From IMG/VR virus record IMGVR_UViG_3300017991_000052: DNA of 64,000 nucleotides; one strand, written 5' to 3'. This document shows positions 1-10,026 of the stretch, in pieces (the stretch's first letter is position 1; the number at the start of each line of letters is the position of its first letter). This DNA is from a virus. Under the pieces are notes generated by a model, which ran no database searches, had not been told where the DNA came from, and saw only the letters and a program-made list of their open reading frames with translations. Both the position numbers and the translations under genes were made by a program.

Positions 1-2
1 GT

Positions 3-1622
3 GGAACATTTAAAAATTATATAAAAACAATATTTCCACCGATATCAGTTGTTTATGTAAAACAATCTGGAGTCGAAATACCATATACATTAGAAGATAT
101 TGATGGGGATGGTGAATTAGAAATAGTTGTTGGAAGTGCGACAGAATCTGCTCTTGTTAAATTTAATTATGAGGGCGGAGATGAACCATATTCTCAAGCA
201 GCAGAAATAACTATTTATAATCCAACTGGAACACCAAATAATTATGTAGAAGTAACTAATTATCCAGTAACAACAGTAAATGATCCAGCAACTGGGACTA
301 TTGATGGAATTGGAAATCAATTAATAAGAGTTGGCGGATTAACTGGTAAAATAAATGTGAATTATCAATATGATGCTGGGGAACTTGGAGCAATGGCTGG
401 GGCTGCCGTTTCTAAAGAAGAAGAATATGATGAATTAATTGCTTCAATAGACAATTTAGAACAAACTAAAATAGATAAATATAATGAGTTCGTCATAAAC
501 AACAAAATGGCCACCTTTTATTATCAAGGTTTTGATTTAACTGTCTCTTACCCTACTGAATATGATCTGTATCAAGATGAATATGATAATAAGGGCAGTT
601 GGACGTGGCAGGACCAAGGCGGTGGTAACTTTACCTGGTATTATACGGGTGGCCATTCAACTGAATTTGCTGCTGGAATAATTGAAGAAATTGAATATAA
701 TAAAAAAGAATTGGCTTCAATGGCTATTCAAGGGTTGCAACAAGAAGAAAAAATTAGTTTAGATACATTAACAATTAGCACTGCAGTATCGGGAGAAAAT
801 TTTCAATATGGTGAAAGAATTCTTGAAAAAGCAATTGATGATCAAATTGGTATAGATAACGCTTTTCAATCTAATGCAATTAATCCAATTACTATTTTTA
901 TTACATTAGATTCTTTACAATATATAACTAAAATTAGAATTAATGCAACTCCAGAATTAGGTCTAGAAATAATTGAAAGTGTTAAATTAATGGATGATTA
1001 TGGAACTTCTGGAATTGAATTATTAAGAGAGCCTAAAGAAGTTGCTAATGAATGGATAGATATAGATGCAATTCAAAAATTTACAGATGATTTTGGAATA
1101 GCAGAAGAAGATGAAAATGGCCAAGAAAAAATATATTTAGCAAAGAAAAAAATAATTGGGATTACAATATCAAGAGCGTTATCTGATAATGTATGGATAA
1201 ATGAAATAGAAATTTATAAAGCAGCATATACACCAACTCAATTAAGTATATTAGAAAGTACTTGGAATATATACAATATTAATATAATAGATTCACAACG
1301 AAATTATGGCCCCGATGATGGATGGGATACAATTCCTCCAACTGGTAGAGCAACATGGATTGATACTCGTTTCACGAATACATTAACAAATAGACAATCA
1401 AATATTACTACTTGGGTAGAACTTCCAGAAAATATTGCAGATGCAGCACAAATTGTAGATGAGGGAGATACAAATTATGTAATATCTCAAAAGAAATTAT
1501 GGAGAGAAAAATTTGATTCAAGTGAAACACAACAGTTTGGAATTCAAAATTCAATTAGTGACACTGGAGTAGAGATTGTAAAAATAGGGTCTGAACTTCG
1601 AGATTATCAGAGGTATTTATAA
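3..1622 (+). CDS. Large virion structural protein, 5'-partial
   Basis: Frame is open from position 3 through the called ORF 357..1622; acidic, Thr/Ile-rich; carries a DIDGDGELEIVVG (FG-GAP-like) motif near nt 96-134; TAATG coupling to the next gene. Confidence 0.7.
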   Translation, partial: GTFKNYIKTIFPPISVVYVKQSGVEIPYTLEDIDGDGELEIVVGSATESALVKFNYEGGDEPYSQAAEITIYNPTGTPNNYVEVTNYPVTTVNDPATGTIDGIGNQLIRVGGLTGKINVNYQYDAGELGAMAGAAVSKEEEYDELIASIDNLEQTKIDKYNEFVINNKMATFYYQGFDLTVSYPTEYDLYQDEYDNKGSWTWQDQGGGNFTWYYTGGHSTEFAAGIIEEIEYNKKELASMAIQGLQQEEKISLDTLTISTAVSGENFQYGERILEKAIDDQIGIDNAFQSNAINPITIFITLDSLQYITKIRINATPELGLEIIESVKLMDDYGTSGIELLREPKEVANEWIDIDAIQKFTDDFGIAEEDENGQEKIYLAKKKIIGITISRALSDNVWINEIEIYKAAYTPTQLSILESTWNIYNINIIDSQRNYGPDDGWDTIPPTGRATWIDTRFTNTLTNRQSNITTWVELPENIADAAQIVDEGDTNYVISQKKLWREKFDSSETQQFGIQNSISDTGVEIVKIGSELRDYQRYL

Positions 1623-2980
1623 TGGCACAACTCCTATCAGAAAAAAATAAACCACCAATGTTCATTTTAGAATATTGGGAAAAAAAAGATATTTCAGAAG
1701 AACAAGCTAATGATGAAGTTAGTACTAATGAAACTGATATCATTAATGGATTATTTGAAAATGTAAAAACTAAATTTATAAATACTGCAACCCAACCATT
1801 AAATAATGTTACAAGAAAATATGGATTACCAAGTCTTCAATTATTTGGTAAACAACCAACGGAAATAAAAAAAATAAAAACTTTAGATTTGAATTCAGCA
1901 ACAATGGATTGGGCATCTAGTCGTTCAAAAAAAGGAAGCCCAAAAATGGATTCAAAGACCGCTATAGAATGGGCAAAACCACCAAGAACTGGATGGGCTG
2001 TTGTAAGACATAAATCTTTAGGAAATTCAGTATTGGCACCAGATGATGATAGAGTCCATCTTCTTACAGCTAACGAAGTAGCAGCAGCACCTATTGATTT
2101 TGGTGGAGTTGTATGGGTATATCAAGCTCAAGGCGGAGAAACTCCAATATGGGTTCCGGGATCTCCTGATTATTATAATCATTATGTGGAAAGATTTGAA
2201 AAGGGAAGAGTAGCTAAAACACTTAGAAATTATGAATATATTTCTGAGCCTGGAGATAATAAATATAAAGTTGTAATATTAGATCAATCAGCATTGAATT
2301 TACCTTCTTATCCGCCAGCAAATGTTCCATATGTAGTAATTAGATATTATAAAGATTGGGAATATAAACCTGGTGATAGAGAATTACCACATCCAATTCA
2401 AACAGATATAAATGGATTAAATATTGATGTTTTTGGATTACATATAAATTTTCCATGGAAAGACGAAGAAGATACTACAACAACTCCTACATATGATATT
2501 TGGATGTTAGATTTTCATGATATTGCAAGAAGAGATTTTGGATTTGGCGTAGAAAGATTTGATTTTGGTGGAGATTCTAGAAAATCAATACAACAAACAA
2601 GAGGAAAAGTTACTAATGATACTGTTCAAAATAATTTTTATGTAGATACATGGTGGAAAGGTCCAGAAACAATAACATTAGCAGGAGTAATTGAATTACC
2701 AAATGGTTATGAAACTAATGTTTTAATAAAAAATAGCGAATCATATGATGATATATTTTCTCCATTTTTAGAAGCAACTGAAAGATTTTTTCTATGGAAT
2801 AATAATCCAATAAGAGCAAACCGCGGAGATTATATGATCTTTAGAGATTTATATAGAGAACAAGAATATAAAGTTACATTTAAATCGAGAAGATATTCTC
2901 AATCAGTTGAGAGACAGAGTTTAGTATCATTTCAATTTGATTTTGTTGTATTAGATTCTACAAAGGATAGAGGAAGATAA
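1622..2980 (+). CDS. Putative tail/baseplate structural protein
   Basis: 452-aa ORF translationally coupled to the baseplate genes; function inferred from context only. Confidence 0.5.
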   Translation: MAQLLSEKNKPPMFILEYWEKKDISEEQANDEVSTNETDIINGLFENVKTKFINTATQPLNNVTRKYGLPSLQLFGKQPTEIKKIKTLDLNSATMDWASSRSKKGSPKMDSKTAIEWAKPPRTGWAVVRHKSLGNSVLAPDDDRVHLLTANEVAAAPIDFGGVVWVYQAQGGETPIWVPGSPDYYNHYVERFEKGRVAKTLRNYEYISEPGDNKYKVVILDQSALNLPSYPPANVPYVVIRYYKDWEYKPGDRELPHPIQTDINGLNIDVFGLHINFPWKDEEDTTTTPTYDIWMLDFHDIARRDFGFGVERFDFGGDSRKSIQQTRGKVTNDTVQNNFYVDTWWKGPETITLAGVIELPNGYETNVLIKNSESYDDIFSPFLEATERFFLWNNNPIRANRGDYMIFRDLYREQEYKVTFKSRRYSQSVERQSLVSFQFDFVVLDSTKDRGR

Positions 2981-3873
2981 TGGCAGCTGATCCAAGGATT
3001 TATGGTACTGATTTATATTTAGAAGATGGTGATCTTATTTCTGGGTATTCTGGAGATATGCAAACAATTTCTTCTTTAGAAAATCTTGCACAATCTATTA
3101 AATATGCTTTAATGACTGAGCAAGGAAGTCTTTATTATGATCCAGATTATGGAATAAATCTTTCTAGTATTATTGGGACAAAAAATACCGCTTTACAACG
3201 TTCAAGATTAAGAACAGAAATCAGTCGAGTATTAAACGCGGAACCAAGAATTGAAAAAATAGAACAATTAGATGTAACTCAAAGCACTACAAATCCAACA
3301 GAAATAAATATATATGCGAGAGTAAAACCTATTGAATCAACAGCAACGGTAGAAATTAATTTAATTTATCCATTTGCTGTATTTGCTGTAGAATCAACTA
3401 CGATAACTGGGGAAGCACAAATAAGTTCTACACAACTAATAGTATATACACAATATTCAATTTATAATGTTCAAGGTGTTTATTTATCTACCGATATAAA
3501 TCGCGAAGGAACAAATTATTATACTGGGGGATATGTTGAAGATAATAAAATAACTTTAGGTACTCCTCTTCCAGGTGCTTATACTGATGTTATTATCGAT
3601 TATGAAACATTAAATATAACAAGAACGAATATTCAAGTTACACAAATAGATAATGAAAGAGTAACCACGAATGATGGTTTAACATTAAATCTTGAATATA
3701 ATATATATGATTTAACTAGTGCCTATTTAGTAAGCGATACAACACAGACTGGTACTGATTATGCTTCTGGTGCAACATATGTTACAAATGTAATGACTCT
3801 TGGAGCATCAGCTGAGCCTAACACTTCATTTTTTGTAGATTATTCTACTACAGATAAAATAAGAAGGAGCTAA
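2980..3873 (+). CDS. Baseplate wedge protein, GPW/gp25 family, with C-terminal extension
   Basis: NLAQSIKYALMTEQGSLYYDPDYG...EPRI pattern typical of gp25; lies directly upstream of baseplate J. Confidence 0.8.
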   Translation: MAADPRIYGTDLYLEDGDLISGYSGDMQTISSLENLAQSIKYALMTEQGSLYYDPDYGINLSSIIGTKNTALQRSRLRTEISRVLNAEPRIEKIEQLDVTQSTTNPTEINIYARVKPIESTATVEINLIYPFAVFAVESTTITGEAQISSTQLIVYTQYSIYNVQGVYLSTDINREGTNYYTGGYVEDNKITLGTPLPGAYTDVIIDYETLNITRTNIQVTQIDNERVTTNDGLTLNLEYNIYDLTSAYLVSDTTQTGTDYASGATYVTNVMTLGASAEPNTSFFVDYSTTDKIRRS

Positions 3874-3875
3874 TT

Positions 3876-5246
3876 GTGGCTGTCGAATTTAGAACACAAA
3901 ATAAGATATTTCAAAATCTAAGAGCATACATTAGAACGATAAGTTCTACTTTAACTGATTTTAATAAAGGAAGTATACTTAATACTATTTTATATGCTTT
4001 TAGTAATGGACTTTCTAGTTTATATGGAAGTTTACAAAATGTTTACGATGCTAGTTTTGTTGCAACAGCTACTGAAGATGATTTAGATGATAGAGTTTTA
4101 GATTTTAATATAACAAGAAGAATTGCTACTCGTGGGTCTGGAACTGTTACATTTTTCAGATCAACTCCTACTGGTGGAGATATTATTATACCAGCAGGAA
4201 CTCGTGTTAAAACAATTACAACAAATTTATTACAAGGTATAGAATTTCAAACAACAATTGAAAAAGTTATTCAACCAGATATTACTGAAGAAGCATATAC
4301 ATATTATTCAACACAACAAATATATGATTTTAGTGTAAGAAAAGTTTATGACATAGATGAAATAATTGGAACTGTTGGTGGATTTTCTGGATATACTTTT
4401 GTAAAGAATGTCGATTATCAATTAAATACAACTGATTCAACTCAAGCAAAAATAGAATGGTTAACTGTTGGTGTAAAACCAGATACAAATACAAATTTCT
4501 TTGTTACATATACACCACTTTCAGTAGATGCTCCAATTGAAGCAATTGGTGCTGGTGCTTTTGGAAACGTATCTGCTGGAACTATTATAAATATTCCACA
4601 AAAACCATCTGGAGTTGAAGAAGTAACTAATTATGAAGCAACAAGTGGGGGAACTGATGCTGAGTCTGATGAAGATTTAAGGGCAAGGGTTCCCCTTTAT
4701 TTGTCTTCACTTTCAAAATCAATTAAAAGTTCATTAAAAGCTTCAGCACTTTCAATTGATGGAGTACAAAATGCAAATGTTGTTGAATATGATCCACCAA
4801 ATGGATATGTAACTATTTTTATTGATGATGAATCTGGTGGTGCAACAACTGATGTTATTAGAGCTGTTAAAGATGCAATTGATGGGACTGTTAATGGAGT
4901 AGAATCAACTAGTGCTACTGGAATTAGAGCGGCTGGAATTGCTGTTAATGTAACAGCTCCAACTGTAAAAGATATTTCAATATTTGTAATAGCATATATT
5001 GATACTGGATATGATCAAACAACAGTTTCAGCTAATATAGAAACTGATGTAAAACAATGGTTGTCATCTCATACAACTGGTCAAGATATTTTAAGAGCCG
5101 AATTAATTGAGATTATTATGGGAGTTGAAGGGGTAGCAAATATTGATTTAGAAACTCTAAGTGTAAATGGAATTACAACTGGAGATACAACAGTTGGAGA
5201 TAATGAAGTTCCAAGACTTAGAACAATAACAATCTCACCGAGGTAA
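3876..5246 (+). CDS. Baseplate J-like wedge protein
   Basis: TATEDDLD, GTVTFFR, IPAGTRV and GGTDAESDEDLRAR are Baseplate_J motifs. Confidence 0.9.
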   Translation: MAVEFRTQNKIFQNLRAYIRTISSTLTDFNKGSILNTILYAFSNGLSSLYGSLQNVYDASFVATATEDDLDDRVLDFNITRRIATRGSGTVTFFRSTPTGGDIIIPAGTRVKTITTNLLQGIEFQTTIEKVIQPDITEEAYTYYSTQQIYDFSVRKVYDIDEIIGTVGGFSGYTFVKNVDYQLNTTDSTQAKIEWLTVGVKPDTNTNFFVTYTPLSVDAPIEAIGAGAFGNVSAGTIINIPQKPSGVEEVTNYEATSGGTDAESDEDLRARVPLYLSSLSKSIKSSLKASALSIDGVQNANVVEYDPPNGYVTIFIDDESGGATTDVIRAVKDAIDGTVNGVESTSATGIRAAGIAVNVTAPTVKDISIFVIAYIDTGYDQTTVSANIETDVKQWLSSHTTGQDILRAELIEIIMGVEGVANIDLETLSVNGITTGDTTVGDNEVPRLRTITISPR

Positions 5247-5250
5247 TTGA

Positions 5251-5334
5251 ATGTCTTTAGAAATTTTTAGAAAAATTAAAAGAGAGATAAGAATTAAAGA
5301 TAACAAGAAAAAGGGAATAGTTTATGTCACTTAA
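5251..5334 (+). other. 27-aa mini-ORF duplicating the start of the next gene (possible insertion scar)
   Basis: MSLEIFRKIKREIRIKDNKKKGIVYVT versus the next gene start MSLNIFR. Confidence 0.45.
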
Positions 5335-6712
5335 TATTTTTCGGGAATTATTACTTTCAAGTCTTTCAAGTGTTTTTTCTAAAGTAACGTCATCAACAAA
5401 TTATAAAGTTATGACGGCTATTGCTAGTAGTGTAGATGATGCTCAAACTCAAATTGATAATATGAGTGAAGCATCCTCGATTAATCAAGCAACATCTGCA
5501 GATTTAGATCTTCATGGATATACATTAGATGTACAAAGAATTATTGGTGAAAATGATGCAACCTATAGACAAAGAATTTTAGCTTCATATGATAGACCAT
5601 ATGTAACAAAACCAAATCTTAAAGAATTAACTCAACAATATAGCGAAAGCGATATTAGAGTTGAAGAATATATATTAGATAGATGGTGGCTTGGTGGTAA
5701 TCCATGGCCACAACCAGTTACTGAATATTTACCAGCATTAACTGATACAGTTACTCAGACATCAAGCGGAATATTAACACGTACAATGCCTGAAGGATGG
5801 TTAGCAGCAGACACAGCGCGCACTGGTACTAATTATACTTCTGGTAGCACATGGACTAATAATGCCTCAGGAGCCGAACTCACCCTGACAACTCCTGTGT
5901 CAGCTGGAACTATATTACGAATCACATATACTCCAAATACAAGTCCATCTGGAGATGACATTGATTGGGTCCCCCATGGATATCTTGGTGATGACACAAT
6001 AATACATCATCGTTTAGTATCGAATAATTATGGGGAAATCGAATCAATACCATCAGAAATAAGTATACAGACAAATATGCTTCCAGGATATCAGGTATAT
6101 TCTATGTATAATGATATAGAAACTGGAATTGTTTATAGTTGGATATCAGTAGTAGATGGAAATAAACGAATAACATTAAAAGAAGAAAATAGAACTGATA
6201 ATTTAGTTAGTGATGAATTTCAAAATGCAACTAGCACAACACAAGTACAAGTAAATCACGATATTGCAAAAGTAATTGGTGTATGGTTAGCTACAGATCC
6301 AGATCATGAAGGAATAAACTACGCTACAGATAATACTTTTGATGGAAGAACTATTTATTTAAATACAGAATTACCAAGTAAAACTGGATTAATTGTTAAT
6401 TATCATCGATATTCAATTACAGATTATCAAAGACTTGATTTTGAAAAATTTGTAAAAACCGGAGAAGATGATTTGAGATTTACACTTGAATTACAAATGT
6501 CTTCTAGCTTTATTAAATGGGGAACTTTTAAATATAGACAAAAAAGATGGGGAGAATTAATAAATGAAGTTGCTGGGACAGTAGGGGAACTTCTTAATAT
6601 TGCAAAAGCTGCTGGCGTAAAAACAAAAGCAATATTGATTACAGCTGGCGCAATTTATGGAAGACCAGAATCGATATACGCACAAGTATATTATGGTGGT
6701 TCATATTACTAA
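5324..6712 (+). CDS. Baseplate wedge protein (gpI/gp7-like partner of J)
   Basis: ATSADLDLHG...GENDATYRQRIL motif, C-terminal KAAGVK, position after baseplate J. Confidence 0.7.
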   Translation: MSLNIFRELLLSSLSSVFSKVTSSTNYKVMTAIASSVDDAQTQIDNMSEASSINQATSADLDLHGYTLDVQRIIGENDATYRQRILASYDRPYVTKPNLKELTQQYSESDIRVEEYILDRWWLGGNPWPQPVTEYLPALTDTVTQTSSGILTRTMPEGWLAADTARTGTNYTSGSTWTNNASGAELTLTTPVSAGTILRITYTPNTSPSGDDIDWVPHGYLGDDTIIHHRLVSNNYGEIESIPSEISIQTNMLPGYQVYSMYNDIETGIVYSWISVVDGNKRITLKEENRTDNLVSDEFQNATSTTQVQVNHDIAKVIGVWLATDPDHEGINYATDNTFDGRTIYLNTELPSKTGLIVNYHRYSITDYQRLDFEKFVKTGEDDLRFTLELQMSSSFIKWGTFKYRQKRWGELINEVAGTVGELLNIAKAAGVKTKAILITAGAIYGRPESIYAQVYYGGSYY

Positions 6713-6726
6713 GTTGGAGGAAAACA

Positions 6727-7353
6727 ATGGATAAGACTAAATTTTATGATCAAATGCATGTTGCTGCAGAAGACATGGAACAAATATATTTAGATACAGA
6801 AGCTTTTATGGTGCAGCATATAAGAGACTTTCATACAAATAAAACACAATTTATACTTGGAAGTACTGCATATGGATCTAATTCATTGAAAGTTTCTTCA
6901 ACTTCTATTCCATCTTTAACTGTTGAAATTTCTGGTGGAGTTGCTTATGATAGTTATAAACGCCTTGAAGTAACATCAACAGAAGATTTTGTAATTACGA
7001 ACCCTCCTCCAACATCTGGTGGTGGATTAATTATTACAAGAATTGATCTACTTTATATTAAAAGAATTACGACAGATGCATATCCATTTACTATTGATTT
7101 AATTGATTATAATAGAAATATTTATCAAGATACAAAAGATACAAGAAGCGTTGATTCATATCAAATTGAACAATTGCAAGGAACATATAATATAGCTGGT
7201 GGAGTAAAACCCGCAGTTCCTGATGATGTAATTCCTCTCGCATGGATTCATTTGAGAGATAATACAAATAAAATTTATAACTATGATACGGGAAGTCTTG
7301 ACGAGGGGTATATCGAAGACGCCCGTACAGTTGTATATGCAAATACAATATAA
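6727..7353 (+). CDS. Baseplate/tail-fibre attachment protein
   Basis: VEISGGVAYD, RIDLL, KPAVP...IPLAWI...IEDAR pattern common to fibre anchor domains; context. Confidence 0.55.
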   Translation: MDKTKFYDQMHVAAEDMEQIYLDTEAFMVQHIRDFHTNKTQFILGSTAYGSNSLKVSSTSIPSLTVEISGGVAYDSYKRLEVTSTEDFVITNPPPTSGGGLIITRIDLLYIKRITTDAYPFTIDLIDYNRNIYQDTKDTRSVDSYQIEQLQGTYNIAGGVKPAVPDDVIPLAWIHLRDNTNKIYNYDTGSLDEGYIEDARTVVYANTI

Positions 7354-7365
7354 GGAGAATGAATA

Positions 7366-8625
7366 ATGTCAACACGTTATCCTGACAACTATGACAGTTA
7401 TACAGATAAGCAAGACAATATAAGTGATGCAAGAGCGCAAGATGTAAATGATTTACAAGATGCTATAATGGCAATCCAAGAGGAACTTGGAACTAATGTT
7501 GCTGGAAGGAATCAACCTTCTGGGTGGACACTTGCATCTAGATTGGATCGTTTTATTAATGATAACGGGACATTAAAAGCTACAGTGTTGACTTCATCTG
7601 ATATACCCTCTGGATCAATTTCAAATACAAAAATTTTCCATGAAGATACTTTTGATTTTAAACAAATAAATGTTGGACAACATTCTGATGGAATAACTTA
7701 TGGATATTCTGGTAGTGGACCTGGCCCAGATGCCGGTGTAACAATAGATGAAGATGGTAATATATGGTGTGATGGAAATATAACAGTAAAAGGTGGACAA
7801 GCAATTCAAGCATCTGAAACAATTACAACAAATCTTAATGTACATGGTAATTCATATTTAGGTGATCAATCAACAGATATTACAGAAATTCATGGGACAT
7901 TACGACCAGCTGTAACTTCACAATATAATATTGGATCTTCAACAAAAAGATGGAAATCTGCTTATATTGATATAATATTGGGGCAATCAACTGGTGGAGA
8001 AACTTTAACTGTTGGAACTTCGGGGGTATTTGATAATACAATAGCAATTAAATCATCAACAGATTCTTCTTCTGGTGATGCTCTTGGATTTATTGGTATA
8101 AAAAATCAAGATCTAATATTTCAATCTGGTACGGGAAAAAATTTAAGATTACAACCTTATGAAGGGATTACATACCTTGATGGAGTTGCAACACTTACAA
8201 ATCCCAATACAGGAATGATTGTTAATAGTAATATTGTTTTTAATGATGGGTCTTCAAAAATAACAGCAAAATATGATGATATAGATACATATAATTTTTA
8301 TATAAAATATCCATATGTACAAGAAAATATTCAACAACAATTTATAGCAAGCCCAGGAACAGTAATTTCAACTTCAGCAAAGACTGATGTAGCAGCTTCT
8401 GGGAATAATTTAATTGTTGATGTTACTATAAATAATGATAGATTAAATGAAATAGGGGATTTATATACTTTTCCAGATATTACAAATGCAGTTACGACAA
8501 AAACAGATTTTGTTTCTGGGGATTCAGTAGTTTTGAATGATGCTCTTGGAATTTCAATTATACAAACTGGTTCAATAGTTTCTGGACAAGATTTAAAAAT
8601 TGGAGTTAAGGTAAGGAAAATATAA
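7366..8625 (+). CDS. Tail fibre protein
   Basis: N-terminal YP..YD...VN.LQD...AI..ELG anchor shared with 10027; YNIGSSTKRWKSAY fibre motif. Confidence 0.7.
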   Translation: MSTRYPDNYDSYTDKQDNISDARAQDVNDLQDAIMAIQEELGTNVAGRNQPSGWTLASRLDRFINDNGTLKATVLTSSDIPSGSISNTKIFHEDTFDFKQINVGQHSDGITYGYSGSGPGPDAGVTIDEDGNIWCDGNITVKGGQAIQASETITTNLNVHGNSYLGDQSTDITEIHGTLRPAVTSQYNIGSSTKRWKSAYIDIILGQSTGGETLTVGTSGVFDNTIAIKSSTDSSSGDALGFIGIKNQDLIFQSGTGKNLRLQPYEGITYLDGVATLTNPNTGMIVNSNIVFNDGSSKITAKYDDIDTYNFYIKYPYVQENIQQQFIASPGTVISTSAKTDVAASGNNLIVDVTINNDRLNEIGDLYTFPDITNAVTTKTDFVSGDSVVLNDALGISIIQTGSIVSGQDLKIGVKVRKI

Positions 8626-9725
8626 TGGGGAATATATATTATTCTGGAGGTTCATCTTTACCTCCTCAATATAGTGAAGGTAGAGATGGGAATATTATTG
8701 TCACTGGAACAAATGTAAATATTGCTGATATTTATAATAATGATAATGTTACTGGTGTTATAACTCATCGCGGTTCTAATAAAGGATTAAATTATTCAAA
8801 TGGAAATCCAACAGGTGAAAATGCATATAATCCTCAAGCAAATCAATTTGAAAATAGAGGATTAAATATTCCTAACTGTCTTAATTTCACTATAAACTCT
8901 GGTGCTTCTTTAATAGCTTCATCATGGAATGGTACAGATAATCGAAAAGGTGTAATATGGATTGCTGCTATACAACAAATTTATATTGCAGGAACAATTA
9001 ATGTTGATCAATTAGCAGTTGCTGGAGCATCTTCTCCTTGTTATCAACAGCAAGGGCTTACTGGAGCTGGAGTTGGTTATGGTGGAGGAGGTTTTAGTGG
9101 AGGTCCTGGTTATGGTGGTCCAACAGGAGGAACTGCTGGCGCGTCATATGGAGATACTCAAATAAGTACAATTACTTGGGAAAATATATATGGTTCATCT
9201 GGTGGAAGTGGCGGAGCTACACACGCTGGATTTTGTGGAGGATTCCCATTTGGTGGCGGTGGTGGACATTATTCTGGGCACGGTGGTGGCGGTGGTTTTA
9301 GAAGTACAGGACGTGAAGGATACACAAGTTCGGGTACAAATACTTCAACGGATTGTTTTTGGGGTTCTCATGGCGGTGCTGGCGGAGGAGCAGTTAGATT
9401 ATATGCAGCTTCTTTAATAATTGATGATTCCACAGGATTAATAACAAGTGATGGAACTTTTGGTGGAAGCGGAACAGGTCAATTACAGGGTGATTATGCT
9501 TCGGGTGGAGCTGGTGGAGGAGGTAGTGGAGGTTCAATTTATATTGAAACAGTTTTAGGTGCAAATATAGGTACAGATAAAATTAGAGCAAGGGGTGGGA
9601 CTGGTGGAGGATGTTGGAATTTAAGTCCTACACGTTATTCAAATGCTGGTGGTTATGGTAGTGAAGGAAGAGTTCACATAGAAGGTGGATATACGGGTTC
9701 AACAAGTTTTAACCCAATAGAATAA
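8625..9725 (+). CDS. Glycine-rich adhesin-like protein, copy 1
   Basis: Poly-Gly tracts, GGAGGGAVRLYA, GGGSGGSIYI, GRVHIEG; paralog of 13062 and 30761. Confidence 0.7.
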   Translation: MGNIYYSGGSSLPPQYSEGRDGNIIVTGTNVNIADIYNNDNVTGVITHRGSNKGLNYSNGNPTGENAYNPQANQFENRGLNIPNCLNFTINSGASLIASSWNGTDNRKGVIWIAAIQQIYIAGTINVDQLAVAGASSPCYQQQGLTGAGVGYGGGGFSGGPGYGGPTGGTAGASYGDTQISTITWENIYGSSGGSGGATHAGFCGGFPFGGGGGHYSGHGGGGGFRSTGREGYTSSGTNTSTDCFWGSHGGAGGGAVRLYAASLIIDDSTGLITSDGTFGGSGTGQLQGDYASGGAGGGGSGGSIYIETVLGANIGTDKIRARGGTGGGCWNLSPTRYSNAGGYGSEGRVHIEGGYTGSTSFNPIE

Positions 9726-9735
9726 AAGGAAATTT

Positions 9736-9996
9736 ATGGGAAATACTATAATATATAAATATAATTTAACAGATAAAATAAATAATAATGAATTAACTTT
9801 AACTTCTGCAACAAGTGGGACTAAAGAAGAATTTTTACAAAATCCATTGACTATTGAAGAAAAAGAAGAATTAGAAATTATATTAAAAACGGTTAATAAT
9901 AATTATGATTTATTAGGATATAAAGAAGTTAACGGGAAAAGACATGTAATAATTATATATCTGGATTGTCCAGAATGTCATACACCTAGTGATTAA
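9736..9996 (+). CDS. Small hypothetical protein with C-terminal CPECH
   Basis: 86-aa ORF with an AAGGA RBS. Confidence 0.55.
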   Translation: MGNTIIYKYNLTDKINNNELTLTSATSGTKEEFLQNPLTIEEKEELEIILKTVNNNYDLLGYKEVNGKRHVIIIYLDCPECHTPSD

Positions 9997-10026
9997 TTTT
10001 GTTAATAACATTAAAGGAGAATAAGA

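Noticed and set aside
1-7353. Bacterial contractile injection system (eCIS/tailocin) rather than phage
   Set aside because: Contiguous with lysis genes, early genes and a full phage replication module on one strand
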